The notes: generated from the letters alone by a model not told the origin. 32,000 nucleotides of DNA from Isorropodon fossajaponicum endosymbiont JTNG4 (GCF_016592615.1 NZ_AP013043.1:210001-242000), one strand, 5' to 3'; counted from the stretch's first letter, positions 19,759-30,469 are shown. A program made the numbers and translations.

Positions 19759-21858
19759 ATGAATGCACAAGATTTTTTATTAGAGCTCGGATGTGAAGAA
19801 CTTCCACCAAAACGCTTGCAGCAATTATCCAATGCACTTACGCACAATTTAACCACTGAACTTGATAAACTTAAATTGTCTTATTCAAGCGTTGAGTCTT
19901 TTGCCACGCCTCGTCGTTTAGCAGTATTAGTTAGCAATCTTCAACTGCAACAAAACGATCAAACTATTGAGCGTAAAGGTCCATCAATTAGTGCACCTGA
20001 CCAAGCTATTGAAGGTTTTGCTAAATCTTGTGGTGTGATTAAGAATGCATTAGCGCAAAAAGCATTTAGCAAGGCGCAATATTATTTTTTTACCAAGCAA
20101 CAAAAAGGCCTAAAAACAATAGATTTACTTGAATCTATTGTTGATATTGCTATTCAAAATATCCCTATTGCCAAGCCTATGCGTTGGAGCAATTTAGATA
20201 CATATTTTGTACGCCCAACGCATTGGCTGATTATGATACTAGGTTCTGATATTGTACCAGCTTCAATTATGGGTCTGATTTCTGGCAATACAACCAGAGG
20301 TTTGCGTTTTACGGGTGAACGCATATTTGATATTACTTGTGCCAAAGATTATCAAAAAACCCTTCTTGAAAAAGCGCAAATTGAAGTTGACTTCAATACA
20401 CGCAAAGAAATGATTCGAAAGCAAGTGATTCAGGTGGCGAAAAATAACAACGCCACAGCAGTTATTGATGAATCTTTGCTTGATGAAGTTTGTGCATTGG
20501 TTGAATATCCACGTGCATTCTCGGGTAGTTTTTCGTCTAAATTCTTAGATGTGCCGGAAGAGGCACTTATTTCTGCAATGAAGTTGCATCAAAAGTATTT
20601 TCATATGCTAGATACGGATGGCAATTTGATACCAGCATTTATTTCAGTTGCCAACATTGAATCTAGTGATTTATCAGTTATTATTGATGGTAATGAGCGT
20701 GTAATTCGTCCACGTTTGGCTGATTCAGAGTTTTTCTGGGAGCAAGATAAATCAACTACTTTAAAATCTAGAATTCCAAAATTAGATAGCGTGTTATTCA
20801 TGGATGGACTTGGTTCAATGGGAGAGAAGGCCAGACGCATTAAAATATTATCGGGCGACATTGCTGATATTATTGGTGCAAATACAAAACACAGTAAACG
20901 CGCAGGGCTACTATCGAAAACGGATTTAATCACTGATATGGTGGGTGAGTTTGCTGACCTACAAGGAGTGATGGGTGGGTATTACGCCCTTAATGATGGC
21001 GAAGATCTGGTAGTTGCAAGTGCTATCAGTGAGCATTACCATCCAAGATTTTCAGGCGATACATTGCCCTCTACAAAAGAGGGTTTATGTGTTGCAATTG
21101 CCGATAAAGTTGATAGTATTGTGGGTATTTACGGTATTGGACATAAACCCACTGGTTCAAAAGACCCTTATGCGCTCAAGCGAGCAGGGTTGGGCTTATT
21201 GCGGATGATAATTGAGTCAGAATTAGACTTGGACTTATTTGATTTGATTGACAAATCAGCTAAATTATACGAAAAAGACAAATTTAAAGAAGGTATTATA
21301 GATGAAATTAATAATTTTATATCTGAGCGTTTAAGTGCTTATTATCAAGATAAAGGCATTGATAAATCAGTTGTAAAAGCAGCTCAGAATAGATCTAAGA
21401 GTAACAAAAATCGTGTGTATGACTTGCACTTACGCATTCAAGCTTTGCACAATTTTGTGCAAAATGAAAATTTAAAAAGCTTGGTTGAAGCTTACAAACG
21501 CATTAGCAATATATTATTTAAAGATATTAGTTCTAAAGATACGGCTGATGGTGGATATATGATTAAACCTAAACTATCTATAGCTAGAGTTGGTGAAGAT
21601 ATAGAATTTATCAATAAATTTGATACAAATCTTTTAAATGCACACACAGAATTTAATAAAAAAATGAAGATAAATGGACAAAATTATTTATTTATCATGG
21701 ATGCTCTTTTAGAATTAAAACCTGCTATTGATGATTTTTTTGATAATGTTATGGTACTTGATGATGATTTAGAGCTTAGAGAGAAAAGAGTTGGTTTGCT
21801 CATGGCAGTGAATGGCTCATTTAGCTCTATTGCTGATTTCTCATATTTGTCAAAATAA
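19759..21858 (+). CDS. glyS: Glycine--tRNA ligase beta subunit
   Basis: 699 aa, collinear with GlyS ('[13 protein letters not shown]', 'ATPRRLAV', '[11 protein letters not shown]'). Confidence 0.95.
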   Translation: MNAQDFLLELGCEELPPKRLQQLSNALTHNLTTELDKLKLSYSSVESFATPRRLAVLVSNLQLQQNDQTIERKGPSISAPDQAIEGFAKSCGVIKNALAQKAFSKAQYYFFTKQQKGLKTIDLLESIVDIAIQNIPIAKPMRWSNLDTYFVRPTHWLIMILGSDIVPASIMGLISGNTTRGLRFTGERIFDITCAKDYQKTLLEKAQIEVDFNTRKEMIRKQVIQVAKNNNATAVIDESLLDEVCALVEYPRAFSGSFSSKFLDVPEEALISAMKLHQKYFHMLDTDGNLIPAFISVANIESSDLSVIIDGNERVIRPRLADSEFFWEQDKSTTLKSRIPKLDSVLFMDGLGSMGEKARRIKILSGDIADIIGANTKHSKRAGLLSKTDLITDMVGEFADLQGVMGGYYALNDGEDLVVASAISEHYHPRFSGDTLPSTKEGLCVAIADKVDSIVGIYGIGHKPTGSKDPYALKRAGLGLLRMIIESELDLDLFDLIDKSAKLYEKDKFKEGIIDEINNFISERLSAYYQDKGIDKSVVKAAQNRSKSNKNRVYDLHLRIQALHNFVQNENLKSLVEAYKRISNILFKDISSKDTADGGYMIKPKLSIARVGEDIEFINKFDTNLLNAHTEFNKKMKINGQNYLFIMDALLELKPAIDDFFDNVMVLDDDLELREKRVGLLMAVNGSFSSIADFSYLSK

Positions 21859-22295
21859 TGAAAGCCTTAATCCAGCGTGTTTCTAATGCCAAAGTTGAAG
21901 TAGATGGCGAGGTTACAGGCGAAATTAAGCAAGGGATTCTGGTTTTTTTAGGGTTTGAGAAAGCAGACGAAAAACCACAAGTTGATAAAATGATTAAGAA
22001 GTTATTGACTTATCGAGTATTTTCTGATAAGCAAGATAAAATGAATTTATCAGTTAAAGAGGTATTGGGCGGCGTATTGGTTGTTTCTCAATTTACCTTA
22101 GCAGCTGATACCAACTCAGGCACAAGAGCTGGTTTTTCTACTGCCAAACCACCAGAACAAGCCAAAGTGTTGTTTGATTATTTTTTGACCCAAATGAGGG
22201 TTGATTATCATAAGGTTGCCAGTGGTGTTTTTGGTGCTGATATGCAAGTATTTTTAACTAATGATGGACCTGTGACATTTTTATTATCATGTTAG
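21858..22295 (+). CDS. dtd: D-aminoacyl-tRNA deacylase
   Basis: 145 aa with 'MKALIQRV', 'SQFTLAADT' and 'NDGPVTF' motifs. TAATG overlap with glyS. Confidence 0.92.
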   Translation: MKALIQRVSNAKVEVDGEVTGEIKQGILVFLGFEKADEKPQVDKMIKKLLTYRVFSDKQDKMNLSVKEVLGGVLVVSQFTLAADTNSGTRAGFSTAKPPEQAKVLFDYFLTQMRVDYHKVASGVFGADMQVFLTNDGPVTFLLSC

Positions 22296-22699
22296 ATGAC
22301 ATCATGGCACTTTTAAGTCAATTTGAAGACGTGCTAATGATGATTGGTATCGTTTCTGGCGTGGTCTTTGTCATTAGTTTATTATTAATGCCTTATTTAT
22401 TAGGATTAATTCCATCCAATTATTTTCTAAAAAACCCAGAAAAACAATTAAAAATAAACAAGCCCTTTGGCCTAATCAAATTGATACTTAAAACACTGAT
22501 TGGTTTTATATTGCTGGTTGCCGGTATTATTATGCTGGTAACGCCAGGTCAAGGATTGATATCAATTTTATTAGGTTTGTTTTTAATGGAATTTCCAGGC
22601 AAGCGACAATTAGAGCTTAAATTAATCAATCACCAGCCGACTTTTAAAACACTCAACTGGCTGCGCTCTAAAGCTAACAAACCTCCATTTAAGCGATAA
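22289..22699 (+). CDS. Small inner-membrane protein of unknown function (possibly PGPGW-type)
   Basis: 136 aa with 2-3 TM helices and 'LVTPGQGLISILLG', which is reminiscent of the PGPGW transmembrane family. It overlaps dtd by 7 nt. Function unknown. Confidence 0.45.
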   Translation: MLDDIMALLSQFEDVLMMIGIVSGVVFVISLLLMPYLLGLIPSNYFLKNPEKQLKINKPFGLIKLILKTLIGFILLVAGIIMLVTPGQGLISILLGLFLMEFPGKRQLELKLINHQPTFKTLNWLRSKANKPPFKR

Positions 22700-22702
22700 T
22701 TT

Positions 22703-23335
22703 ATGAAAGAAAGCAAAATAATATCAATAGTGTTACTAGCAGCAGTGGCAATATTTATACTGTTTTACCTGCTGACTCGCGACATGCAAATGCCACAAAA
22801 CCAATCCATGCCATGGCAAAGTTTTATCAATAATCAAGGCAATACAGTTGCGTTTAATTTAACCATGGGTAGTAGTAATCTTACCGATGCAATGCATTTA
22901 TTCGGCTCTGAGGTTGAGGCTTCTTTGTTTGAAAGTAAGGGTAAAGTGCCAGAGCTAGAAGCGTTTTTTTCCAGTACTAAAGTAGGTGGCATTGGTGCTG
23001 GTATTGTTTTAAATTTAATACTTGATCAAAAACGCATTGAGCGTTTGCATAACAACATTAAAGAATCAATGGTTATGCCTTCAGGCGTTAGAAAAACAAT
23101 GTTTAATTTAACTGCTGAAGCGTTAATGTTTGATTTAAAGATTAGGTCATTAACCTTTATACCTAAAGCAGATTTATCAAAAGAAGTGATTGTTAATCTA
23201 TTTGGTGAGCCTAGTAGAGTAGAGCTAGCTAGTCAGGGTGTGTCGTATTGGTATTATCCAACCAAGGGTTTACGTATTATTGTTGATGATGAAAATAAAG
23301 AAATTTTAGAGTTTTATAACGAGGTAATTCAATGA
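22703..23335 (+). CDS. Membrane-anchored hypothetical protein
   Basis: 210 aa with one N-terminal TM helix and no motif I recognise. The coding call rests on ORF length and tight operon packing, including a 4-nt overlap with the next gene. Confidence 0.5.
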   Translation: MKESKIISIVLLAAVAIFILFYLLTRDMQMPQNQSMPWQSFINNQGNTVAFNLTMGSSNLTDAMHLFGSEVEASLFESKGKVPELEAFFSSTKVGGIGAGIVLNLILDQKRIERLHNNIKESMVMPSGVRKTMFNLTAEALMFDLKIRSLTFIPKADLSKEVIVNLFGEPSRVELASQGVSYWYYPTKGLRIIVDDENKEILEFYNEVIQ

Positions 23336-23661
23336 TTAAAATGTATGGTATTAAAAACTGCGATACCATTAAAAAAGCACAAAAATTCTTAATTAATCAT
23401 CAAGTTGATTTTGAATTTATTGATTTTCGTGATAATCCGATTGATAAAACTAAACTGCAAACATTTGTAGATAAGCTCACTTGGGAAAAACTAATCAACA
23501 AGCGTTCTATTACTTATCGAAACTTAAATGATGAAGAAAAAGATAATATTACTTTAGAATTGGTATTAAAAAATCCAACACTTATCAAACGTCCAGTATT
23601 GGTAACGAATAATGATATTATGGTTGGATTTAGCGAAAAATCTTATTTAGAGTTGTGCTAA
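23332..23661 (+). CDS. ArsC/Spx-family protein (YffB-like)
   Basis: 109 aa. 'MYGIKNCDTIKKAQKFL' is the N-terminal Cys motif of the ArsC/Spx/YffB thioredoxin-fold family. Confidence 0.8.
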   Translation: MIKMYGIKNCDTIKKAQKFLINHQVDFEFIDFRDNPIDKTKLQTFVDKLTWEKLINKRSITYRNLNDEEKDNITLELVLKNPTLIKRPVLVTNNDIMVGFSEKSYLELC

Positions 23662-24023
23662 CTATTATTTTGCTCTTTAATTTCTTTACGTACTTTATCC
23701 ATATCAAGTGCTTTGGCTTTGTCAATAACAGCTTCCAGGTCAGTGCCTGACATTGCACCTGGTTGAGAAAAGATTGCAACTTGCTCTCTAAAAATCATCA
23801 AAGTAGGAATAGAGCGGATTTGAAAATTACCTGCCAGTTCTTGTTCATCTTCAGTGTTTACTTTGGCAAAAATAACATCATTTACTTTGTCAGAGACTTC
23901 ATCATAAGTAGGTGCAAATTGCTTACAAGGACCACACCATGGCGCCCAAAAATCCAACACAACAATATCGTTATTTTGAATGGTTTCGTCAAAATTACTT
24001 TGGTTTAATTCTAATACTGCCAT
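23658..24023 (-). CDS. Thioredoxin
   Basis: 121 aa with the active site 'WAPWCGPCK' and 'IRSIPTLMIF'. Confidence 0.9.
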   Translation of the reverse strand: MAVLELNQSNFDETIQNNDIVVLDFWAPWCGPCKQFAPTYDEVSDKVNDVIFAKVNTEDEQELAGNFQIRSIPTLMIFREQVAIFSQPGAMSGTDLEAVIDKAKALDMDKVRKEIKEQNNS

Positions 24024-24072
24024 TTGATTAACCCTTAAAACTTAAAAGTATATCATAAGGGTGTAATATGCG

Positions 24073-24101
24073 TTGAGCAAAGCCCAAGCTTTTGATAAAA
24101 T
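24073..24101 (+). promoter_or_regulatory. Candidate sigma70 promoter for ruvC
   Basis: TTGAGC (24073-24078), 17-nt spacer, TAAAAT (24096-24101). The predicted +1 falls on the ruvC ATG at 24108. Confidence 0.35.
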
Positions 24102-24107
24102 ATTTTT

Positions 24108-24578
24108 ATGAAAATTTTAGGGGTTGATCCCGGATCAAGAATAACAGGCTTTGGCTTAATTGAAGCCAATAAGCTTAAATTTAATTATTTATCTAGTGGC
24201 TGTATCCGTACTCAAGGTACGTTGCCTGAGCGCATTACGACTATTTTTGTAGAAATCGAGCAAATTATTCAGAAATATCAGCCTGATGTTGTGGTGATTG
24301 AGCGTGCTTTTATGCGTCCTGATCGTCCAAATCCTGATGCAGCAATTAAGCTTGGGCATGCGCGAGGCGCTATTATTTCAGCGGCAGGTTCAAATCATAG
24401 ACTGATGGTTGAGTACAGTCCTAATCAAATCAAAAAAACTGTTGTTGGGAAGGGGCACGCCGCTAAAGAGCAAGTGTCATTTATGGTGCAGGAGTTATTA
24501 AAACTTAACAAAGCACCTCAGGCAGATGCAGCAGATGCACTAGCAGGTGCTATTTGCCATGCTTATCATTGTCTTTAA
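24108..24578 (+). CDS. ruvC: Holliday junction resolvase RuvC
   Basis: 156 aa with 'ILGVDPGSRITGFG', 'VVIERAF' and a C-terminal 'QADAADALAGAICH'. Confidence 0.92.
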   Translation: MKILGVDPGSRITGFGLIEANKLKFNYLSSGCIRTQGTLPERITTIFVEIEQIIQKYQPDVVVIERAFMRPDRPNPDAAIKLGHARGAIISAAGSNHRLMVEYSPNQIKKTVVGKGHAAKEQVSFMVQELLKLNKAPQADAADALAGAICHAYHCL

Positions 24579-25729
24579 TCTTGGCTAAAATAAACCTTAA
24601 TTTTGCCAAAACCCTTAAGCTTGCTAACAGTTTCTTGTAATTTTTCTAGTATTTTATCGGCACTATTATCAGACTGGAGGCATTTAAGTGGTAGATAAAA
24701 ATCTACATGAATTTTACCTTCTAAATAGTGCAACTGAATACGGTTAATTTTACCATCGCACTTGTTATTAAATAAGGCTTTAGTCAAAATTCCCAATGCT
24801 TGCGCGCGTTCTGGCAAAGCCTCGTAAGGTGTATTAATTTCATCATCTTCTACGTCAATATGCACGGTTACATCACTTAAATCTTTTAAGCATTTTTTAG
24901 CCACACGCTCAACACTAACACTAATAATATGCCCCTCGCTAACACTTAAAAATGGATCAACCTGCACATGTACATCACAAGAAATGGTGTGCCCAATTTT
25001 GCGAGTGCGTAGGGAATGAACACTATTAACGCCACTAATTTGTCCTAGTGCGTGTTTTAATTGTGTCACTTGTTGTGCGTCAATGGAGGTGTCTACCAGT
25101 TCTTTGGTTGCATCTAAACCTAATTCCCAAGCAATATAGATAACCATCAAACCCACAACAATAGCCGCAATGCTATCTAAATATGGATAGCCATTTAAAC
25201 TGCCAAAAATACCAATCAATACCACAATTGAAGACAATGCATCTGAGCGGTGATGCCAAGCATTGGCTTTTAATAAGTCAGATTTATAAGCATTAGCCAC
25301 CTTTAAGGTATACCAATATAAAGTCTCTTTAGAAAAAATTGACAAAGCGGCAATGCTTAAAAGTAGAGCACTATGTGAAAGCGAAGCAGGGTTGGCTAGT
25401 CTAGTCATAGCATCAAAGATAACACCCAAGCCAACAATAGCTAAAATAACTGCAAGACCTAGCGTGGCAACTGTTTCAAAGCGCTTATGCCCATAAGGGT
25501 GCTCCTCATCAGCATCAAGAGCTGAATGCTTGGTGGCATATAAAACCAAGCCATCAGACAATAAATCAGAAAACGAGTGCACACCATCTGCAATTAAAGC
25601 GCCAGAATTGCCAATAAAACCTGCAATAATTTTAAATACCGCTAATAAAAAATCAACAACAGCACCCGCAAGGGTGACTTTTTGACTGGCTTGTGTGCGT
25701 TTAGCTAAATCCAAAGTGGAAAAAATCAT
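24575..25729 (-). CDS. Cation diffusion facilitator (CDF) family metal efflux transporter
   Basis: 384 aa with six TM helices and CDF motifs 'HSFSDLLSD' and 'AWHHRSDALSS', followed by a C-terminal cytoplasmic domain. Confidence 0.88.
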   Translation of the reverse strand: MIFSTLDLAKRTQASQKVTLAGAVVDFLLAVFKIIAGFIGNSGALIADGVHSFSDLLSDGLVLYATKHSALDADEEHPYGHKRFETVATLGLAVILAIVGLGVIFDAMTRLANPASLSHSALLLSIAALSIFSKETLYWYTLKVANAYKSDLLKANAWHHRSDALSSIVVLIGIFGSLNGYPYLDSIAAIVVGLMVIYIAWELGLDATKELVDTSIDAQQVTQLKHALGQISGVNSVHSLRTRKIGHTISCDVHVQVDPFLSVSEGHIISVSVERVAKKCLKDLSDVTVHIDVEDDEINTPYEALPERAQALGILTKALFNNKCDGKINRIQLHYLEGKIHVDFYLPLKCLQSDNSADKILEKLQETVSKLKGFGKIKVYFSQD

Positions 25730-25778
25730 GAATGACGATTGCCTTATTTTATGTTATCTCTGTTCAAATATGCAATTA

Positions 25779-26690
25779 TTAAATCATGTCTAGTGGTGAT
25801 AATGGCTTATTAGAGCTTTCTTTTTGTGCAGCATGTGAGTAAATCAAAGTAGAGCCTATGTATTCGTGACCTAAAAGTTTTTGTACAGTTTTAAGGCCAA
25901 CTTGATTTTGTAATAAATGTACTGCATAAGAGTGCCTGAATGTTTGTGTGCTGATCTTAACGGTTATTTTTTGTCTTTTTTGCTGCCAAAGAAAGGTTGT
26001 AATTAAGCGTGTTGCTAATAATGGGCAATCTAATTAGCAGTCCATCTATGTTGTTGCATAATTGCTTCATTGGAAATAAATAACACTTATTTTGCCTGAT
26101 TCGGTGAAAATATTTACTTTTTACATCTTTTTTAAATTGCTTTTTAACCAATTCGATTTGGCAGTTTAGATGGCTAATAATTTTAGTGGGTATAGATAAA
26201 ACTCTAAAATATTTAGGGTTAGAAATGGTGAGTTGATTGGTGTCAAAATTAATGCTTTTGATTTTAAGATCAAGCGCCTCGCTTGATCTTAAACCGCAAC
26301 CATACAATAAGTAGGCAATAAGTTGATAAGTGCCTTTTAGTTGGAAAATGACTGATTCTGCTTGTTCTTTAGAGGGAATATCAGGTAAGTTTTGTGTGTG
26401 GTTAACTCTTAATGTTGAGATTAAATCTTTTTTAATGCTAATTTTTGATATCTTTTGATAAAAAAATAAAATTGAATTTAGTGCTTGATTGTGAGTGGAT
26501 ACTTTTAATTTTTTTTATTAAGCAAATGAGTCAAATATTTTTCAATGTGACTTAAGTTAAATTGGGCATTTTCAAGATGATGATATTTTACAAAACGCAA
26601 AATTCAAGATTGATAAATAAGAACCGTTTTTTGACTGTAATGATGCTTATTTAATTGATGATTAATGTCTTGTTTGCTAATAAACTGCAT
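25779..26690 (-). pseudogene. Tyrosine recombinase pseudogene, integron-integrase-like (XerC/IntI superfamily)
   Basis: The conceptual translation crosses three frames. First: 'KHHYSQKTVLIYQS*ILRFVKYHH...LTHLLNKK'. Second: 'VSTHNQALNSILFFY...LLYGCGLRSSEALDLKIKSINFD...KSKYFHRIRQNKCYLFP...'. Third: 'TFRHSYAVHLLQNQVGLKTVQKLLGHEYIGSTLIYSH'. The lesions are an in-frame TGA at 26604-26606 at a conserved Trp position, and frameshifts at the T8/A8 run 26509-26516 and the T6/A6 run 25967-25972. Confidence 0.75.
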
Positions 26691-26937
26691 TTTTAATTTA
26701 AGGATTAAAATGGTGAAATATCATCTTTCGAATTATTTGAAAAACCAACAATAATATTAAAATTATTAAACTTAGGAGTTTTATAAAGAGAGACCTTTGC
26801 GTAATTCATAATTCCCTCTCCAAAATTCCATTCTTTTTATTTTTTCTAAAAAATTTACCAGATTTTCTCATCTTTGCATAAAAATCTAACAAACCACCTT
26901 TTAAATAGATGCTTTTAGCATTTATTTTTCTTATTTT

Positions 26938-27096
26938 TTACACCATTCCAACCTTTAAACACAACAACCCCTCAGGCTTTGCATTCGTTTGAATATATTC
27001 ATGCCAGTCTTTCAAGTTGTGACTCATGGCAATTAACTGAGCCCTGGTTTTATTTCTTTCTAAACCAAGGTATCTTACCTTGCCTAAACCATGATG
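26938..27096 (-). pseudogene. C-terminal remnant of an IS5/IS1182-type DDE transposase
   Basis: Minus-strand translation 'HHGLGKVRYLGLERNKTRAQLIAMSHNLKDW...*' matches the conserved C-terminal G..K.RYrGL.kN....l.a...NL block of IS5/IS1182-type transposases. It is cut off at the IS3 insertion point. Confidence 0.45.
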
Positions 27097-27127
27097 AACT
27101 GCAATGCTCTAACCTACTTGGACACAT
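27097..27127. repeat. IS3-family terminal inverted repeat (orfB-proximal end)
   Basis: + strand 27098-27127 is actgcaatgctctaacctacttggacacat. The reverse complement of 28373-28402 is actgcaatagtctaattttattggacacaa. 23 of 30 positions are identical. Confidence 0.75.
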
Positions 27128-27128
27128 T

Positions 27129-28032
<904 letters not shown>

Positions 28033-28372
28033 AAGATTTCATTGTCCCTTTGTGCGCGCCAAAGTTGTTTCTCAAGCAGTTGTATTGTTTGTTGTTCAGA
28101 AGTCAGCGCTTTGCCTGACTCTGGTGTTTGTCCACCAAGCTCTGCTAGGTATTGTTTTCTCCATCTGCTAACTGCTGAGGAGCAAGCTCCTGATATTATC
28201 ATGATTTTTTTTATTGGTGTAATTCTCATGCACCATGAGTTTGGCATAATCTAGTGTTTCCCCCTCAAGGGGGTATTGAACAGAATGTTCAACGGTAAAA
28301 GTCACTCGTTGTTTTCTTGATTTATATTGTGTCATTACTGACCTCCTTATGGTTTGTATTATAAGGCTATCT

Positions 28373-28402
28373 TTGTGTCCAATAAAATTAGACTATTGCA
28401 GT
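28373..28402. repeat. IS3-family terminal inverted repeat (orfA-proximal end)
   Basis: Partner of 27097-27127; the alignment is given there. Confidence 0.75.
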
Positions 28403-28477
28403 ATGGCTTTAGCACGATACTCATTGGCGCGTTGCTGGTTGATGCTGGCTTGACGATAAAGATTGTTGGCTGAGTTT

Positions 28478-28646
28478 TGTAGTAATCATGCCAACCATGA
28501 AGGCAGCATACAAACCCACCAAAGGGTGAACCTGAGTAACCAGTGCAAAACCACTGTCTCTGGTACTAAGGCAAGTGCCACGGTTAGGCCTGATAAAAAA
28601 TCATTTTTAACATTATTGGGGCGTATTTATTAATCAATGAAAACAT
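28478..28646 (-). pseudogene. N-terminal stub of a SulP-family anion permease, frameshifted and truncated
   Basis: Minus-strand 'MFSLINKYAPIMLK' in one frame, 'NDFLSGLTVALALVPETV' in a second and 'FALVTQVHPLVGLYAAFMVGMITT' in a third match the conserved SulP N-terminus. One frame change coincides with the A5/T6 runs. The remainder of the gene is absent. Confidence 0.6.
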
Positions 28647-28678
28647 GTGTTCCTTATTTTGAGTTTGGGTGAATAAAT

Positions 28679-29776
28679 CTACATTGAGGCTGGAATAATA
28701 GGCGTGATTGATGCAACATTTGAGTTTTGAGCTCGGTGACGCATGACGTGGTCCATAATGGTTATTGCCAACATGGCTTCAGCAATAGGCGCTGCACGAA
28801 TACCCACGCAAGGGTCATGACGACCTTTAGTAACTACTTCAACGGGCTTTCCATTTTTATCAATACTTTCAATTGGCAGGCGCAAGCTTGAAGTTGGCTT
28901 TAGTGCAATAGACACTAAAATATCTTGACCTGAGCTAATCCCACCTAAAACACCACCGGCATGATTTGACTTAAAACCTACTAGGGTAATAGCGTCACGA
29001 TGTTCAGTACCTTTTTGGGTGACTGCTTCAAATCCGACGCCAATTTCAACACCTTTTACGGCATTAATACTCATCATGCCGTGGGCAATATCTGCTTCTA
29101 ATCGATCAAAAATTGGCTCCCCCAACCCGACAGGCATATTATTTGCTGTGATGTTAATTCTAGCACCTACCGAATCGCCTGATTTTCGCAAAGCGTCCAT
29201 ATATTCTTCTAATGCCTTAACTTTGCTAGCATCAGGGCAGAAAAATGGATTATTGTGCACTTCAAGCCAATCAAAATTTTCAGCCTTAATAGGGCCCAAT
29301 TGAGATAAATAGCCTTTAATTTCAATACCGTACTCTTGTTTTAAATATTTCTTAGCAATGCCACCACAAGCAACGCGCATAGCAGTTTCTCTTGCAGAAG
29401 AGCGTCCACCACCACGATAATCTCTAAAGCCGTATTTTTGATCATAGGTGTAATCAGCATGACCAGGACGAAAGGTGTCTTTAATATTGCTATAGTCTTT
29501 AGAACGTTGGTCGGTATTTTGAATGATGAGTGCAATTGGTGTGCCTGTGGTTTTTCCTTCAAATGTGCCAGATAATATTTTCACTAAATCCTCTTCACAG
29601 CGTTGGGTGGTATGGCGAGAAGTGCCTGGCTTTCTAAGGTCTAAATCACCTTGTAAATCAGCCTCAGTAAGCGCCAGTCCTGGTGGACAACCATCTACAA
29701 TGCCAATTAATGCCTCGCCATGAGATTCACCTGCTGTGGTGATTGTGAATAATTTTCCAATCGTATTACCACTCAT
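28679..29776 (-). CDS. aroC: Chorismate synthase
   Basis: 365 aa with 'TTAGESHG' and '[11 protein letters not shown]' signatures, collinear with AroC. Confidence 0.95.
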   Translation of the reverse strand: MSGNTIGKLFTITTAGESHGEALIGIVDGCPPGLALTEADLQGDLDLRKPGTSRHTTQRCEEDLVKILSGTFEGKTTGTPIALIIQNTDQRSKDYSNIKDTFRPGHADYTYDQKYGFRDYRGGGRSSARETAMRVACGGIAKKYLKQEYGIEIKGYLSQLGPIKAENFDWLEVHNNPFFCPDASKVKALEEYMDALRKSGDSVGARINITANNMPVGLGEPIFDRLEADIAHGMMSINAVKGVEIGVGFEAVTQKGTEHRDAITLVGFKSNHAGGVLGGISSGQDILVSIALKPTSSLRLPIESIDKNGKPVEVVTKGRHDPCVGIRAAPIAEAMLAITIMDHVMRHRAQNSNVASITPIIPASM

Positions 29777-30169
29777 TTACCACTCCTTGTGTTGAGTAAC
29801 AGTGTCACAAATATTATCCCAGTTTGCTTTTGAGTCTGTGAAAATATGCTTCTCAAGAGGTTCTTTAATATCATTCGTAATTGTGCCTAGTCTAATTCTT
29901 GTGTGGTCTGGATTGTTTTTTAGCTTTGCCATAATGGGCGAGCCACAAGTTTTGCAAAAAAATCGACTTTTGTTGGCATTTTCTTTAAATTCAGTTAAGT
30001 TGTTTTCACCATTTATAAACTCAAAGTTTTCATTTTTTACATTGCCATTTGTTGCAAATGCTGTACCTTGAACTTTTCGACATTCAGAACAATGGCACAT
30101 GACAATATCGGTAATTTTTTGATGTAGCTTAAATTGTACCGACCCACACAAGCATTGACCTTGATGCAT
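29777..30169 (-). CDS. GFA-family (glutathione-dependent formaldehyde-activating / CENP-V-like) zinc protein
   Basis: 130 aa with a Cys pattern 'CLCGSVQF...CHCSECRKVQG...FCKTCGS' typical of the GFA family. Its stop abuts the aroC start. Confidence 0.8.
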   Translation of the reverse strand: MHQGQCLCGSVQFKLHQKITDIVMCHCSECRKVQGTAFATNGNVKNENFEFINGENNLTEFKENANKSRFFCKTCGSPIMAKLKNNPDHTRIRLGTITNDIKEPLEKHIFTDSKANWDNICDTVTQHKEW

Positions 30170-30392
30170 AATAATCTCAGAAAAAATTCTAATTATACCT
30201 GTCTATTTAGCCAGTTGGTTATACAGCCAAGTAATCATAAAGCCACCAATGGTTACGTTAAAAAAATGCCTAAATCACGCCAATGATAATACCAATTAAA
30301 TTTGCCACAATTGAAATCAATAGCAACCTAATAGAGCATATAGTTCCTAGTGCTATTGCTAGAACTTTCGTGTTAGTTTTGCTATATTTTAA

Positions 30393-30469
30393 TGGTGCCC
30401 TCGACGCGATTTGAACGCATGACCTGCCGCTTAGGAGGCGGCTGCTCTATCCAGCTGAGCTACGAAGGC
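30393..30469 (-). tRNA. tRNA-Arg (anticodon CCU)
   Basis: Folds as a 77-nt cloverleaf by hand: GCCTTCG TA GCTC AGCTGGATA GAGC A GCCGC CTCCTAA GCGGC AGGTC ATGCG TTCAAAT CGCGT CGAGGGC A CCA. The CCA end is encoded. Confidence 0.9.

Noticed and set aside
25957-26307. The 116-aa track ORF treated as a stand-alone small gene.
   Set aside because: It is the middle fragment of the disrupted tyrosine recombinase. Homology continues upstream and downstream in other frames.
26691-26937. Search for attI/attC recombination sites or a cassette promoter upstream of the integrase-like pseudogene.
   Set aside because: I saw no GTTRRRY core sites or imperfect-palindrome attC architecture by eye. I cannot claim an integron platform.
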